64,000 bases of DNA, taken from NCBI GenBank assembly GCA_020137815.1, contig CM035350.1, positions 1,798,001 through 1,862,000 of the forward strand, written 5' to 3'. The DNA comes from Hormiphora californensis (lineage: Eukaryota; Animalia; Ctenophora). Shown here piece after piece: positions 13,854 through 32,255 of the stretch. The notes under the pieces are model-generated. The model had not been told where the DNA came from. It ran no database searches and worked only from the letters and a program-made list of their open reading frames with translations. Both the position numbers and the translations under genes were made by a program. Positions within the stretch are counted from its first letter, which is position 1. The number at the start of each line of letters is the position of its first letter.

Positions 13854-13884
<31 letters not shown>

Positions 13885-14061
13885 TCCCTCCCTCTCTCTC
13901 ACACCTAGGTGCCAACAAAATAGGCTTACATTTGGAGGGGAGGTGGGGGTTTTAGCAAATATTAGGTCCAGTATAACTTTAACAAGGAGAGCAGCTACAC
14001 CCATTACAAGATATTTGCAAAGCATTTTGTTCTCCGATATAATCTTGTTGACTACCTCCAT
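9480..14061 (-). CDS. IYD: Iodotyrosine deiodinase (nitroreductase fold with N-terminal membrane anchor), 6 exons
   Basis: Exons at about 14061-13931, 13650-13531, 13392-13118, 12985-12818, 9861-9758 and 9606-9480. Motifs [43 protein letters not shown]|[46 protein letters not shown]. Confidence 0.96.
10225..11612. mobile_element. Non-autonomous DNA transposon inserted into the IYD 33-bp array
   Basis: Imperfect TIRs ccccatacacaaaagtc / gacttttgggttagggg. Target duplication TTATGT (6 bp), or GTTATGTC (8 bp) if the termini are CCC/GGG. No transposase ORF seen. Confidence 0.75.
10435..11096 (+). repeat. 31/33-bp minisatellite inside the transposon, with inverted copies at ~11484-11552
   Basis: Unit gcccttgtcagcgccttgccttgtaaacatatcatg-like, about 20 copies. 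Confidence 0.93.
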
Positions 14062-14317
14062 GGTATAGCCTTGCTATAGAAGGAAGTTAGTTAGAGAGAG
14101 GGGGTTCTGAAACGGGGCATGTTGGGAACTAGATTTATATCGGTCAGGGTTGAGGGGTAAATAAGTTATCTTTAGTTTTCATGTAAAGTTATAATAATAT
14201 AGTGGTACATCAAATAGTAAATCACACTTTCCACTCGCTCGTCATTATATAAATATTGATTCTTTTGTAAAAATGTCTTGTAAAAACAGGGGGCGCTAGC
14301 CAGAGCACTCTCCTGAG

Positions 14318-17300
14318 CTAAATGTGTCCATGTGAGGTTTGATCGAGAGCGGAGCACTTTTTGATCAGTTTGTTGTATCCCCTGATCTTTCTCCTTCTTC
14401 CGCCTGTCACGTGAGGTCGAGCCCTGTGTGAGGAGAAAGAGAGTTAACGTGACAATGAAACAAAACACACTCTGATTCTCTTTCACTATTATCTCTTTCT
14501 ATCTCTCCCTTTCTACCTCTCTCCCTCTCTCCCTATCTCTCTCTGATTTCTACCTCTTTCCCTCTCTCCCTATCTCTCTCTGATTTCTTCTTTTTTGTTC
14601 TACCTCTCCCTCTTTCTTTCTCGGATACAAATCTCTCGTGTACATAATTTCCCTACGACAGCTGTAACATATTAGGGGTTATGGAACGCTTTTCATACAC
14701 ACACAATACACCACCTCTGACCAGGACCTTACATATTCACATAAAGATGATACATCCCATGATCTAGCTACAATATTCACATATCGGTACTTCTCTCAAT
14801 TACTATTGTTCTATCTTATTACCCAAATCTATATCCTAATTTTACCTTTTCGGGGGAGGTTCATCTGTCACACCATCACCATCACCCTGTTGTTGTTGTT
14901 CCCTACCAGCTGCAGTAGACGTGGTATCCGTCTCTACTGATACCGGAACTGTATCACTCTAACGGAGGGGATGTGAGGAGTGTATGGGAGTGGGGAGTGT
15001 GTGTGTTTATAGAGTGAGTAGGATGGAAGTGTGTGGGAGATGAAAAACATATCGTGGTATCTGCCGTAGAAACACACCACAGCTCAGAGATCACAAAACA
15101 CAATATCCAGTTTTAACCTAATTGCAAACTAATTACTAATTAATATAATTAATTAATTACCGTTGCACAGAGATCCTGTTTAATTGCCCTCATCTGTTGT
15201 TTCTGTATACTCTTGTAGAGGGTCTTCAGTTCCAACCACCGTGTCTTGGGGAACACCCTGATATCCTGTAGTTCACACTTCTTCTTCTCCTTGATCTTCT
15301 TCTTCTTCCTTCTCTTCGCCTTCACAATCTTCAACTGCTTTCTCAGCTCTGTGTCGGATACTACTACAGCAGCAGTAGTAGGTGTAGTAGCATGTGTAGT
15401 AGATGTGGAGTCGATGAGCGGACCAGACAAGCTGAGAACACGTTTAACCTAGAAGTTGAGTTTGTTAGTTAATGAGTTAGTTAGTTAGTTAATTAATTAT
15501 TTGGCAGATACGTAGCTACGCACGCGAGAGGATGGAGTAATTTGAGACAGAGAGGATTTGCCAACTTCATTTTCAAAGTCAATACACACGAAATGGAACA
15601 AAAGCAGCGACTGTGCAAAGTTGTGAATCAGCTACTCATCATGATTATTGAAAGACAGAGGCCGATCAAAGAAAGAAGTCTTTACATGGCCCCTTTAGAT
15701 ACACACGTGTCACGACCCGTCTCCCTCTATCACTATTATTATGACACACTCCAACATCCCAAGCAGAACCCCCCTAGTCTAGTATCACCGGTGTTCCGAG
15801 CCCCTGTGAGACTAAGAACTTCCGATGCCCCTTGTTTCCCCCCGATTCCCTCACGTACCTTCTTATCAGTGATGGGGGACTCTGTTTCAAAGCTAGTTCT
15901 CTTCCTCTTCCTGGCAGAGTGAGATCCAACAAGGCCGTGATGCAGTTCCGTAGGAGTTGTTACTGCTGCTGGTCCGGTGGGGGATATCAATAGTAGGGGA
16001 TCCCTGGGAGGGGTGATAAATATTAGCTTCTCCGTTAGTTAATGTAACAAACTCTCGTTTGCTCTTTCTCTAGTAAATGTAACACACGCTCTTTCGGCTG
16101 TAGGGTAGCTCAGCTTTCTAATATTCGAACAAATATGGAATATAGAAACTAGAAAAGACACCGAATACCGGCAGTATGTTACATGTCCCAATCTCACTCC
16201 ATTATTATTATATGGACATGATCATAAAGTCGGGACACTTTTGAAATTTCAAAGTTTAAAAATATCGACCAAATTTTTTAAAACTAATAATTATGGTACT
16301 TTTATTCATCCAAACAACTCAAAAATTTGGGAGCAGATAAAAATATGAACAAAGTACAATATTTGATAATAAAAAATACGATTACTCAACCGAAGTGGAT
16401 CTCAGGACAACATTTGTAAATATTAAAATACAGAACCACAGTTACCACCATTTTAGTTTTAGTCCAACGGGTATTATAGATAATCGTCATGACTAGCTTA
16501 TTAGGGTTGGTTGAGTTGTTAATTACTCAACCTATGTGGATCTGGAGACACTTGAACTTTGGGAAGCGAAAAAGGGTCTATAGAATTCTCATAGACAAGT
16601 AATTCAGGGCTTATCTTTTTGGAAAATGTCTAAAGTTTCCATATTTGGCAAAGGTGGAAGAATAGGACGACTCAACCGGTGTGGATCACCGTTTTAAAAC
16701 CTCACTTTGAAAACTTTTCAGCTAAAAATGGAATTTTAATCACTTGTATTGGTGGCAATGGCTACTAGACCTTTTTACAACTCAAATAGAAAACTCATTC
16801 CATGTGGATCAATTTTTTTCTGAGAAATTTCACTTTTGATCCACAATGGTTGAGTCAGAATCTATTATTCCGCTCCACATTATGTTTTGGTATGTAGTTC
16901 CCAGATAGTACACACTGTTTTGATGCATAGATTTCCCATATGATCCACAAATATTGCCTAGAAGTTAGACTGCTAAGAATGGTTTATTATATACTGACTT
17001 CGAGCAACGGTTACAAAAGTGATGATCCACAAGAGTTGAGTCATTGCTTGACAAAAATTTGGATATAGTCTAATGTCGGATCGATTTACGAAACTTTTGA
17101 GAATAATCGGGACCCGAAACTTCGTCATAAACTTCCGGTTGAGTCGCATTTTATGAGAAAATTGAAAAAAATCCACATTGGTTGAGCATACTTTGTATAT
17201 TTACCCATGCCAATCAATTTGTTACTATACCATCTATCATCCCACAAAGTTTCAAGGACGTACCATTAACCTAACTCGGTTGAGTATGCTGATCCACACG

Positions 17301-19056
17301 TTTCTGATCCACATACTTTAAAGCCTTATAAAACAAAGCATAATTAAGCTTTAAAATTCTAGTTTTCACAATTTTTATCTAGTGACAATTTTTGGTGGAT
17401 CAGATTACTCAGCCAGGTGAAAAAACCAAATTTAAAACTCAAAATCCACATTTTTTTAAACATTGTAAAAGTGTCCCGACTTTATGATCATGACCATAAT
17501 GAAGTAGTCGAGTCATGAAACATAATCCATGTTCCACTGCATATTAAAAATTCACACGAAGCGGGATCCCAGGAATATACCTGTTTTGACTCTTCAGATC
17601 TGCCAGACATACAGAAGATCTACGCCTTCTTCTCTTCTTCTTCGCTTCATCTTTAGCCTCTTTTGTCAGCTCCGTCTCAGAACAAACATCTGAAAATCCT
17701 TGTTAGTGGCAGGAGATAGGTATCTAACACAACTGAACAAGTTAATTGATTAATTAATTACCTGGTGTTCCACTAGACAGTTCAGGAGTATCAGTGTTTG
17801 GTGTTACAGAGTCAGATCTTGAGAAACTGAGACTTCTTGGAGGACTTCGAAATGGTTTTAACTCTGGTTTCGCTTCCTTCCAACCCAATCCCTAGTTTGG
17901 AGAAGGCTTACTTAGACTCAAGAGGTAACTTATATCAATTATTCATCGTATTACTGTATGTGTTAGTGTACAAGTGATCTGATTTAATACCTTTAGAGCA
18001 GCGCTGGCCTCCTGAACTGTCCTGAACTCAACAAAAGCGAACCCTTTTAGCTCTTTGTTGTTTTTAAATCTTGGCAGAGAGATCTTCATGGCCTGTCCAT
18101 ATTTCCTGAGGGCTTGCTCTAGTCGCTTGTGGTCCATTTTAGTAGGTAGGTTCTCCTGAAACGGGTGGTTTTGGTAAAGACAATATATAAAATAGGCGCA
18201 ATCATACTCTCCAGCAGAAGTAAATCTAGGTACAAAATACCGCCGAAACTGAGAGCTGATACAAGTGAACAATCACAAGTCACAACTAAAGAACTTACAA
18301 TGTAGATAGACCGATTGTCAGCATTGTAAAGAGGATTAACTGTAGTGGTTCTCCTCACACTCTCCCTATCGGGGCTCAACTCTAGCTCCGGGAGGAAGGA
18401 TATACTCTTGACGAGGAGATCCCTGCCACAATTCAACTCAATCATCCGACCAAACTGCTCTATAGTAGAAAGAGGAACATCTGGAGAGGGAGAGAGTGAC
18501 AGACATTACATCTGGAGAGGGAGAGAGTGACAGACATTACATCTGGAGAGGGAGAGAGTGACAGACATTACATCTGGAGAGGGAGAGAGTGACAGGCATT
18601 ACATCTGGAGAGGGAGAGAGTGGCAGACATTACATCTGGAGAGGGAGAGAGTGACAGACATTACATCTGGAGAGGGAGAGTGATATATCAATAAGAGTGA
18701 CAATAAGAGTCACATATTATAACAGTTAGACACGTCCTTCAAACAAGCTGTTGCGACATACGTTGGTCCATATGGCTATAAATTAGATTATTTGTAATCT
18801 AGTACTTACAACCATCTGGATTAGCTTTCATGAGTTTTAACATGTGCTTGTCCGATAACAGATTACTATCACTAAAGTAGAAGGAAACCTGGAATAGAAC
18901 TTCATCATTGCTGATCAAATAAAGTAAGAATCATTTCATTTGAGTAGTGTTTTAGTAGGTGTTTACCTGCTTTTTAATTTCGTTGATGATGTGCTTTTTT
19001 CGTTTCCTTTTTCCCGTTCGATTAAACTGAAGTCCATACCTCACAAAGTTGGTCAT
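14318..19056 (-). CDS. LARP7: La-related protein 7 (La motif + RRM1), multi-exon
   Basis: MTNFVRYGLQFNRTGKRKRKKHIINEIKKQ|VSFYFSDSNLLSDKHML...DG|YVPLSTIEQFGRM (La motif), RSIYI|ENLP...KGFAFVEF (RRM), IRVFPKTRWLELKTLYKSIQKQQM, and C-terminal RKIRGYNKLIKK, matching LARP7 conserved blocks. Confidence 0.88.
16213..17496. mobile_element. Non-autonomous TIR DNA transposon in a LARP7 intron
   Basis: 30-bp TIRs tggacatgatcataaagtcgggacactttt / aaaagtgtcccgactttatgatcatgacca, flanked by TA. Many internal gatccac and actcaacc motifs. Confidence 0.85.
18477..18683 (-). repeat. 31-bp minisatellite (7 acceptors); unit = LARP7 polypyrimidine tract + CAG + first 4 exon nt
   Basis: Minus-strand unit aatgtctgtcactctctccctctccag|atgt. 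Confidence 0.95.
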
Positions 19057-19612
19057 TGCCTATCAGGTGTTGTCGTTTGTTAGTCAATGTAATAATGTTA
19101 AGTCAGACAGTATTTCATGATGAAATTTGAAATCTGGGATCTGCTAGCTTTTTTGGATTGCAATATTTACGCTACAGTGGCTTCAAACCAAGGTTCGCTT
19201 ATAAACCTGTCCTCCACGTTCTTTTAAATGTCTCAAAAATCGGGAAAAGGATGTGCACCTTTACAATTTGGGTGCGTGCTTCCAAAAAAGTTGATTCAAT
19301 AAAATGGCTCTAACTGCCAAACCACTCAACCGTTTTGGATAACTCAAAGTTTATCTGGTAGGAAATGTCAAGGGACAAGGCCTAACCCCAACCCAAACCT
19401 TTACTCTTTAGCAATTAGCCCTAACCCTAAAAACCGTTTGTCAGCACTCACCAAACACCCAGATTTTAACGCTGGCCGAAAAGGATAGGCAAACGCTGCT
19501 GGGATAACTGATAAGGCAGCGTTTTTCAAGAAAAGGGAGGTACACAGCTCGTGTTTTGCAATTTTGGTCAAAAAGGTTTTCGGAAAACCAGCTAAATTTT
19601 TAGGCGCCAATA

Positions 19613-19994
19613 AGGAACCATAATAAAGTTCAAGAGCGCACCCCATCCAAGAGCGTACCACCTCCAAAAGACACCACTCCAAGAGCGCACCACATCAAAG
19701 AGAGCCCCCCGTCCAGAAGATACCGCGCGCAGGGGACACCACGCGCAGAAGAGACCGCACGCGCAAATACAACGCCGCGCTGGTCTCTTCTGCGCGTGGT
19801 GTCCCCTGCGCGTGGTATCTTCTGGATGGGGAGCTCTCTTTGATGTGGTGCGCTCTTGAAGTGGTGTCTTCTGGAGGTGGTGCGCTCTTGGATGTGGTCT
19901 CTTTTGGGTGTGGTGCGCTCTCAGGTGTGGTCTCTCTTTGATCGGGTACGCTCTTGGGTGCTCTTGGAGGCTCTTGAACTTTATTATGGTTCCT
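19613..19994. mobile_element. Foldback MITE
   Basis: TIR aggaaccataataaagttcaagagc / gctcttgaactttattatggttcct, with largely palindromic internal aagagcgcacc repeats. Confidence 0.85.
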
Positions 19995-19995
19995 T

Positions 19996-20234
19996 ATAAA
20001 GTCGAATTTTTTATTTAAGCGACAGGCCGCCGCGCATCAAAATGCAGCGCTTGAAATCGATTTCCGGTTCCTGATAAGCTAGCGACTTTTTCTTGGTGCC
20101 ATTGGAAAGATAAAATTTTTATCTTTCCAACGCAACCGGGATCAAGTCTTTATCTTATCAGGAACCGGAGATATGACCAATTAACCAATTGAGTGCGCGG
20201 CGGCCTGTCGCTTAAATAAAAAATTCGACTTTAT
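19996..20234. mobile_element. Hairpin MITE abutting the previous element
   Basis: 41-bp inverted repeat ataaagtcgaattttttatttaagcgacaggccgccgcgca and its reverse complement. Confidence 0.85.
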
Positions 20235-20358
20235 TTAGAAACCCCTGCGCGGCGCGGCGTTTTCTGCCAAATAGCCGCTGCATTTGTATTGACGCCGCGC
20301 GATTCAGAAATAAAGTTTCAACGGCAACGCGACGTTTTTAAAATCTGAGTGCCTCTCT

Positions 20359-20581
20359 AGGGATCCCTAATAAAGTTGTGACTTGTCACCAAACATGTGG
20401 TTCCCGTGGCGGCGCGGCTTCAAAATGCGCGATTGTAACTTGTCACCGCATGGTTTGCGCCGCGCCGCAGCTACGCGCAGTGGGAACCACGTGCGTTTTG
20501 GTACGCGCACACGCGGTGACAAGTTACAACCGCGCCTCCGCAAGACTACAGTGACAAGTCACAACTTTATTAGGGATCCCT
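20359..20581. mobile_element. Hairpin MITE
   Basis: 31-bp TIR agggatccctaataaagttgtgacttgtcac / gtgacaagtcacaactttattagggatccct. Confidence 0.85.
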
Positions 20582-20910
20582 CTGGGCTCTGGCCGCTGGC
20601 GGTCGAGTCTCGAGAGTGAGACGGATTCGGGATTAGACCTTAGAGCTGTCCGTTATCGTCTGATTAGGGCTATGTTTGGGCTTATCGGTTAGCGCTATCC
20701 GTTATCTGTCCAATACCGTTTATTCAAACTGGCCATGTGATCGCTAAACTCGCGGGTTGTGAAACTTTGGTTGGCAAATGACTTCCTACCGCTGGGATCT
20801 GAACTGCAGTAGCTCAGCGTGCAGAAGCCTGCAGTATAATGCAACCAGGCTGTCTAAATTTATGATTAAAAGTTTATTAAATAACCCGCTTTGTTGTCAA
20901 AGTTGCCAAA

Positions 20911-21216
20911 ATGTCAGTTAAAGATGGTCACTCATTTTGCAAGCTGAAAGATTTGCCATCGCGAGCACCTGGTGACACAATCTCTACACTAGGATACGTT
21001 ACATTCTTTGACCCTACCACCGGACTTGTTAAGTTATCATTTGAAAACAGTACAGTCAAAGTGAACACCAAAATGTTAGACCCACAAAACTACACGCCCG
21101 GGTCTCTTTTCTTCTGTCTAGGATATGTCGAGAAGGATAGGACACTGTTGGCAAAGATCCTCCGTGCAAGTAATGAGCTGAATATCGAGAAGTTCCTGAG
21201 TATAACTGGACAATGA
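20911..21216 (+). CDS. TEN1: CST complex subunit TEN1 (single OB fold), intronless, 101 aa
   Basis: GDTISTLGYVTFFD...VKVNTKMLDP...GSLFFCLGYVE...LLAKILR...LNIEKF parallels TEN1 as I recall it (GSTLRTFGRL...VLVCTKLVEP...GSLYIVLGEL...VKARVL...MNLPLL). Confidence 0.8.
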   Translation: MSVKDGHSFCKLKDLPSRAPGDTISTLGYVTFFDPTTGLVKLSFENSTVKVNTKMLDPQNYTPGSLFFCLGYVEKDRTLLAKILRASNELNIEKFLSITGQ

Positions 21217-22374
21217 GTAATGTCACAACGTTACTCTACCAACGGTCATTTTCTTTGTTTGATCCATCTTTTACACATACGGTCCGATCCAACCTCACCC
21301 TTTCCTTCGACCTGACCGGTAATACGGAGCTGCAACTAAAATCTCAACACCCATCGTACTGTCTTGACATTGATAAAACTGGGGAGTTTCTCCTGTCAGG
21401 TGATAATGGCGGTGGGGTCTCAATACATGAAGTACACAAGATCGAGCCGTCAACAAACAATATTCTCCCACCTGTGAGCCATAAACGGCAACTTCACAAA
21501 TTTGCCATAACTTCTGTTTCGTGGTATCCACTGGACACTGGGGTCTTTGTGACCGGATCCACGGATAAACAACTCAAGATATGTGACACTAACGCTATGA
21601 CAAGTGTTGATAACATCAAGCTGAAGGGTCATGTTTATGATATAAGCATGTCTAAACGGACGACAGGGAAAACAACTAATTTAGTAGCTGCAGCGTGTTC
21701 AGACAATAGAGTCATGGTATGTGATCTGAGGTCTGGGTCAGCTACCCATACACTCCGGGGTCACGAACAGGCAGTTAACTGTGTCACCTGGTCTCACAGG
21801 AACTCATACACATTATTGTCAGGGGGACGGGATGGTAAGATAATTACATGGGATATCAGACGTGCTAGGTCAGCTGTGAGTTACCTAGACCAAGATAACA
21901 GAGGACAATGAAGAGAAGGCCCATAATGGAGCGGTAACCAGTATCACACAAACCCAGGACGGCTTCCTGCTCCTCTCTACCGGCCAGGACAGGATGGTGC
22001 GGTGCTGGGATATAGCTGAGGGTAGCAATACATACACCAACTTTGGAGCTGATTGCTCCTCGGTGAGCTGTTAAGAAGATTCAGAGTGCAGTGAGTGTGA
22101 ACTCGTGTTACCCTGGCCTGGTGTATGTCCCAAATGGGGGCGAGATCAGGGTTTATGATGTGTTGACCGGGCAGAATCTGGCAGACTATAAGGTCCATTT
22201 TAATGGGGTGAATGCAGTTCAGTACAACTGGCACTACCCGGCACTGTACACATGTTCTAATGATGGGGCCATGAGGGTCCTGGAGCCAGTTAGAGAGGAT
22301 CAAACCGGGCCAATTAGCAGTGACAATACGGGAGAAATGAAATGCCAGGGGATACATGGAGTGATTCAGATTGA
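21213..22374 (+). CDS. ERCC8: DNA excision repair protein ERCC-8/CSA (WD40), intronless, with 4 apparent +1 insertions
   Basis: HKFAITSVSWYPLDTGVFVTGSTDKQLKICDTN, DLRSGSATHTLRGH, WDIRRA...LDQ. Continues in shifted frames as AHNGAVT, GLVYVPNG, and ends GDTWSDSD*. Removing 4 bases gives 385 aa. Confidence 0.9.
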
Positions 22375-22587
22375 AATATCATTAAATGTACTTTGTACTA
22401 AGGGGGCCATCAGTTTCATATTAATATTACATTATGTTTGTATCATGATTATGTTTGTGTCTTGAACCGTTGAGACATTATATTGAGCAAATAAACACTC
22501 AATTTCTCTATTTAGAACTCTGTGCCCACTGCCCACGTCCCCTCAATACTTGTTCATTATGTCAATATAATGTTCTCTCTCTAGACA

Positions 22588-28874
<6,287 letters not shown>

Positions 28875-29906
28875 ACTGTTTTAATTTCAATCACACTGGA
28901 ACGTTTTAACTTTTATATGTAACTACAAGTGAGAAAGAGAGCTAGAGTGAGATAGAACTGTAAATCACCAAAATATTACCATAATCATGGTGGACACTTC
29001 TCATTTTCTCACCCGCTACATTTTTCCGAGGCTGGAGCCTCACCGCTGTATTTTTGCTGTTATTCATTGTGTTAGAGAGCTGAATTGTTGTATTTGAAAG
29101 ATATTTTCTGTTCAGAATCCGTTAACTATGATGTTTAGTTTCTATCACAAGGAGCTCTCTCCCCGGCCGGGTTAGAAGTTAGAACAAGTCAGGGCGTGTT
29201 CGTCTGAACACTGTTAAGACGAATTAGGTGAATGTGCCAGGCAGCGGCGGCCGCCGAACGTCTCAGCTGTGGATGGTATCGCGCGCACAGTTGTCCGCGA
29301 GTGTATCGGCCGCGCAACACTTGCTCTCCCACCTTCTCACACACACACACACGGTGACTGGCCAGTTAAGTTTTGGTTTGCTTCTTCTCTGAGGGTGTTG
29401 GAAGAATGATGGTCGGAGAGTGTGTCAAGTTTTATTGTTGTTAAAAACGGTCCTTTATAGAACTTAGTACATGTAGATTGTAGAATCTACAATCTAAATG
29501 TGGTCAGTTTCCCAAGTTGGCTCCTAGCTCGTGTACACTTGGTCATTGTGTACACTCCATACCCAAACAGTATACATCATGTATAATGATTATACATGAG
29601 ATGTACAGTATAATACATCGTGCCATGTATCTCAATTCTAAGCATTATTCCAGCTCCCAGTGTTGAAAGTTCATTCAGGGAGGTAATTCTCACGCTCCCT
29701 GCATGACAAGAGGTGGGGAGAGGGAAACACATGAGAGACAAGTGGCTCAACCATGCATCCCCCTGTAGCCTCGACTCTTGGGACGGCTAAGTGACGCCTG
29801 TCTAGAAAACTTGGGTTTTTGCCAATGATAGTGGATGGATATGTTGCTGCCAAGAATCCAGGCGGGGGAGTCCTGATGGGGGCCACTATGAGTCATAGTA
29901 TGACTT

Positions 29907-30127
29907 CAGAATCTAGAGCCCAGATTTGAGGCTATCACTCCAGAATCTAGAGCCCAGATGTGAGGCTATCACTCCAGAATCTAGAGTCCAGATGGGGATA
30001 AAGATTCCAGAATCTAGAGTCTAGATCGGGGTAAGGATTCCAGAATCTAGAGTCTAGATCGGGGTAAGGATTCCAGAATCTAGAGTCTAGATAGGGGTAA
30101 GGATTCCAGAATCTAGAGTCCAGATGG
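29907..30127 (+). repeat. About 32-bp tandem repeat, ~7 copies
   Basis: Unit tccagaatctagagtctagatcggggtaaggat-like. Confidence 0.85.
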
Positions 30128-30915
30128 TGGGCTATGACGGGATAATGACAATCAATTCCAGAAAATTTAGAACGTCTGTCAAAGTTATGTTACAGCACCT
30201 GGCATTATTACGAAAATGATCTTTACTTTCTATCCCTGGAAGAGATAGAAGGGATAGAAAATTATCATTTCCGTTCCATCATGGGAGACCTGGTGACGGT
30301 GAGTCATCCATGATTATTTGATGTTATAACAATCATCTATCCAGAAAATTCGGTGAAAGCCCAATAAAATTTGGCCTCTAAACAGTGCTTTTTATCTGGA
30401 TAAACGGTGCACGACATTGCAATTGCACCCACACAATGACAATATATTATCACCAGGATAAAAATGGCGATGACTGTTGGGGCGAGTCACGATCACCCCA
30501 CAATGACTGTTCATTAACCTGATCTCTCTTCATCAGTCACGTCATTATGTTATACCGAGATGGTATATGCATTACGCCATTTGGCTGGTGGATCTATTAT
30601 AGCAAGAGAGGGTGCCACCATTTACCCCTGCCCTAAATGAACGTGGTATTGGATCTTTCTCTCCGAATAATTTCTCTCCAATGACACATTCAAACAATCC
30701 TCTCTCCTATTTTCGTGCTTTATGTAATACGAGGGTGCGGTGGTTTATGACAAATTCTCCCACTTTAACCTCGCAGTCGATGCTCTAATTACTAAACAAA
30801 GGTTTACCATTGGATGCAGCGACATTGATATTTGCTTCTTGCGAATTTAGGATTATGTGAATGCTATACGGACAATGGTTGAATTGTGGAAAGATGCAGT
30901 CCTATCCGGTAAATC

Positions 30916-32255
30916 GGGGGGGGGGGGGGGGCCCGCGTGAATTTAATATCCATGTCCTAAATAAACACGTCCGACTTTAATGTCCCTGGGACATTAAAGG
31001 ACATTAAAAGACATTAAAAGACATTAAAAGACATTTAATTAAAACATGAATTTTCAGCTATTATTAAACTAAAATGGCGTTTTCAACCACTTAATATTTA
31101 CTCCTAATGTCCCCTCTATCGATTCCAACCAATACCATAGATGTTGGGGGTGATTACGCATCATTTTAGGGTGGCCCGGTACCTCGAAGCGAACCCCGGA
31201 AATTTTGAAGTTTTGGACTAAATTTCAAGGTTTTCAAGTGAAAATAGCCCCGATTTTGATGAAACTCAGTCAGAATGGTCTTTGGTGTCTAATTAGAAGT
31301 CAAAAAATTTTTAAATGCTCAAATCCTAAATTTAGGTTTTTCTAGGATTTTTAGGTTTTTTTGCTTTTATGGGTTTCAGGAACGTCCTAGAACAAAATAA
31401 ACAGAACCATCTTTCTCGGCGTGAAATTCTGCATCGATTATAGTGGCTATAAACCTTTCTATGACGTAAGGTAAAAACCTTTGGTTAAAACATGTGGTAA
31501 GGTTTTTTAGGTTTTATTCGTTACACAGACATCGCAGATCAAAATGGTTTTCACTAAAATGATTTACGTATCATCAATACACGTCGATTGAGTACCTATA
31601 ACATGGTTTTCTGACAAGAGGTTCGCCCGGTAGCCTAAAACATGTACCCGCCCCTATAACATGTACCCGTTTGGGATTTTTTGGGATAACTTCTTAACCT
31701 TACGCCATAGAAAGGTTTATAGCCACAATAATCGATGCAGAATTTCATGCCGAGAAAGTTGGTTTTATTCATTTTGTTCTAGGACGTTCTTGAAACCCAT
31801 AAACGCCAAAAAACCTAAAAAACCTATATATCGTAAATTTTGGGTTTGAGCACTAAAACTTTTTTGACTTCTAATTAGACACCAAACACTATTTTGACAA
31901 AATCGGGGCTATTCTCTACTCGTTTCATAAGATGATTTTGAGATATCGTCTAGGCTAGAATTATGCACATGTAAAAGAGGCACCGCACCCACAGCCCACA
32001 CAAAAGCAAGCCTAATCACCACTGAAAACTAATGAACATTCATTGGAATCGAAAAATGGGACCTTTAGTAGTACATTGGTGGTAGATATGTTTGGTAACA
32101 CATTTTGAAATGGCTTTTGGAAGTTATAATTTAATGTCTTTTAATGTCTTTAAATGTCCTTTAATGTCTTTTAATGTCCCAAATTACCCCGGACAATTTA
32201 ATGTCCCAAAAATCGAGGGACATTAAAGGACATTTTAATACGCGGGCCCCCCCCC
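30916..32255. mobile_element. Non-autonomous DNA transposon with G/C-run termini (Mutator- or Merlin-like)
   Basis: Termini (G)n-cccgcgt / acgcggg-(C)n. Target duplication ggtaaatc (8 bp, extendable to 9-10). Subterminal gacattaaa repeats. Internal inverted arms at ~31280-31475 and ~31695-31890. Confidence 0.85.
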
